Of a stretch of 51,338 bases of DNA, positions 51,098 to 51,338 are shown piece after piece. The stretch's first letter is position 1; each line of letters begins with the position of its first letter. The DNA comes from an uncultured bacterium. Its GTDB lineage: Bacteria; Verrucomicrobiota; Kiritimatiellia; RFP12; UBA1067. The notes under the pieces were generated by a model. It saw nothing but the letters and a program-made list of their open reading frames with translations. It had not been told where the DNA came from and searched no databases. Location of the stretch: positions 1 through 51,338 of the forward strand of contig CADCPA010000011.1 of NCBI GenBank assembly GCA_902803135.1, read 5' to 3'. A program made the translations under genes and the position numbers.

Positions 51098-51338
51098 TTA
51101 CATCTCGGAGAGCTTCTTCAGGAGCGCGTAATTCTCCTTGAAGCCCTCCTCGGCGCCCTTGAGCATCTCCATAGCCTTGTCCTGGCCGATCTTCTTGACG
51201 AGCTGCTTGAAGCGGTTCTCGCCAAGCTCCTTCGAAACGGCGTTCGCCGCAAAGGAGACGGTGTCGGACTTGTCGGCGCTGTCGAGCTTCACCTTGCCGG
51301 TAGTCGGGTTGTACGTCCAGAGCGGGAAGTGGACGGAC
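51098..51338 (-). CDS. Hypothetical protein, C-terminal part (continues past right edge)
   Basis: The frame stays open to the window edge. It reads ...SVHFPLWTYNPTTGKVKLDSADKSDTVSFAANAVSKELGENRFKQLVKKIGQDKAMEMLKGAEEGFKENYALLKKLSEM-stop. The track start at 51292 is an internal GTG. High G+C, like the host DNA. Confidence 0.6.
   Translation of the reverse strand, partial: SVHFPLWTYNPTTGKVKLDSADKSDTVSFAANAVSKELGENRFKQLVKKIGQDKAMEMLKGAEEGFKENYALLKKLSEM

Overview
The window is high-G+C bacterial chromosomal DNA. It is densely coded and mostly on the minus strand. The many long Arg/Ala/Gly-rich ORFs in the six-frame track are antisense or out-of-frame shadows of real genes. I support about 40 protein genes. 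Housekeeping genes: dnaX, rsmA, ispE, a phosphofructokinase, epmA, lpxD, groES-groEL, dnaK and an RluA-type pseudouridine synthase. Carbohydrate and redox genes have a PVC-superphylum flavour (my inference): DUF1080, sialate O-acetylesterase-like, GH20, a TAT-signal Gfo/Idh/MocA oxidoreductase and a hexose-6-P mutarotase-like gene. A start/stop-overlapped chain encodes ABC ATPase, a fused ABC-2 permease/GldG-like protein, DUF4340 and an epimerase, led by a NifX-like gene with a Cys/Gly/His tail. There is also a DUF362(TAT)/NapH-like polyferredoxin/DUF3108 operon. Two giant secreted proteins are present: a 1596-aa CotH-kinase/discoidin/lamin-tail protein and a 1626-aa beta-helix/2xPA14 protein. 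I recognised no rRNA, tRNA, CRISPR array, integrase or transposase. The most unusual region is a low-G+C islet at about 46.76-51.01 kb. It carries three uncharacterised membrane proteins (DUF4126-like, DUF2752, DUF4234), an AAA+/DUF4143 ATPase preceded by three 33-34-bp tandem repeats, and a small antitoxin-like ORF start/stop-coupled to a 36-codon PIN (vapC) remnant absent from the ORF track. The islet's left junction holds rearranged fragments homologous to the gene on its right flank. Other points worth a second look: a Lys/Ala histone-H1-like protein with two KKCCCAKK motifs; a 702-aa EF-hand-like membrane protein overlapping a mutarotase-like gene by GTGA; a recurring GTTTTATGnTATAMT extended -10 promoter motif, which implies leaderless mRNAs at three genes; C-poor tandem repeats in many 5-prime leaders; and a shared C-terminal hexapeptide on three secreted proteins. 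I cannot name one clearly novel system with confidence. All functional calls rest on my recognition of sequence motifs, not on database searches.
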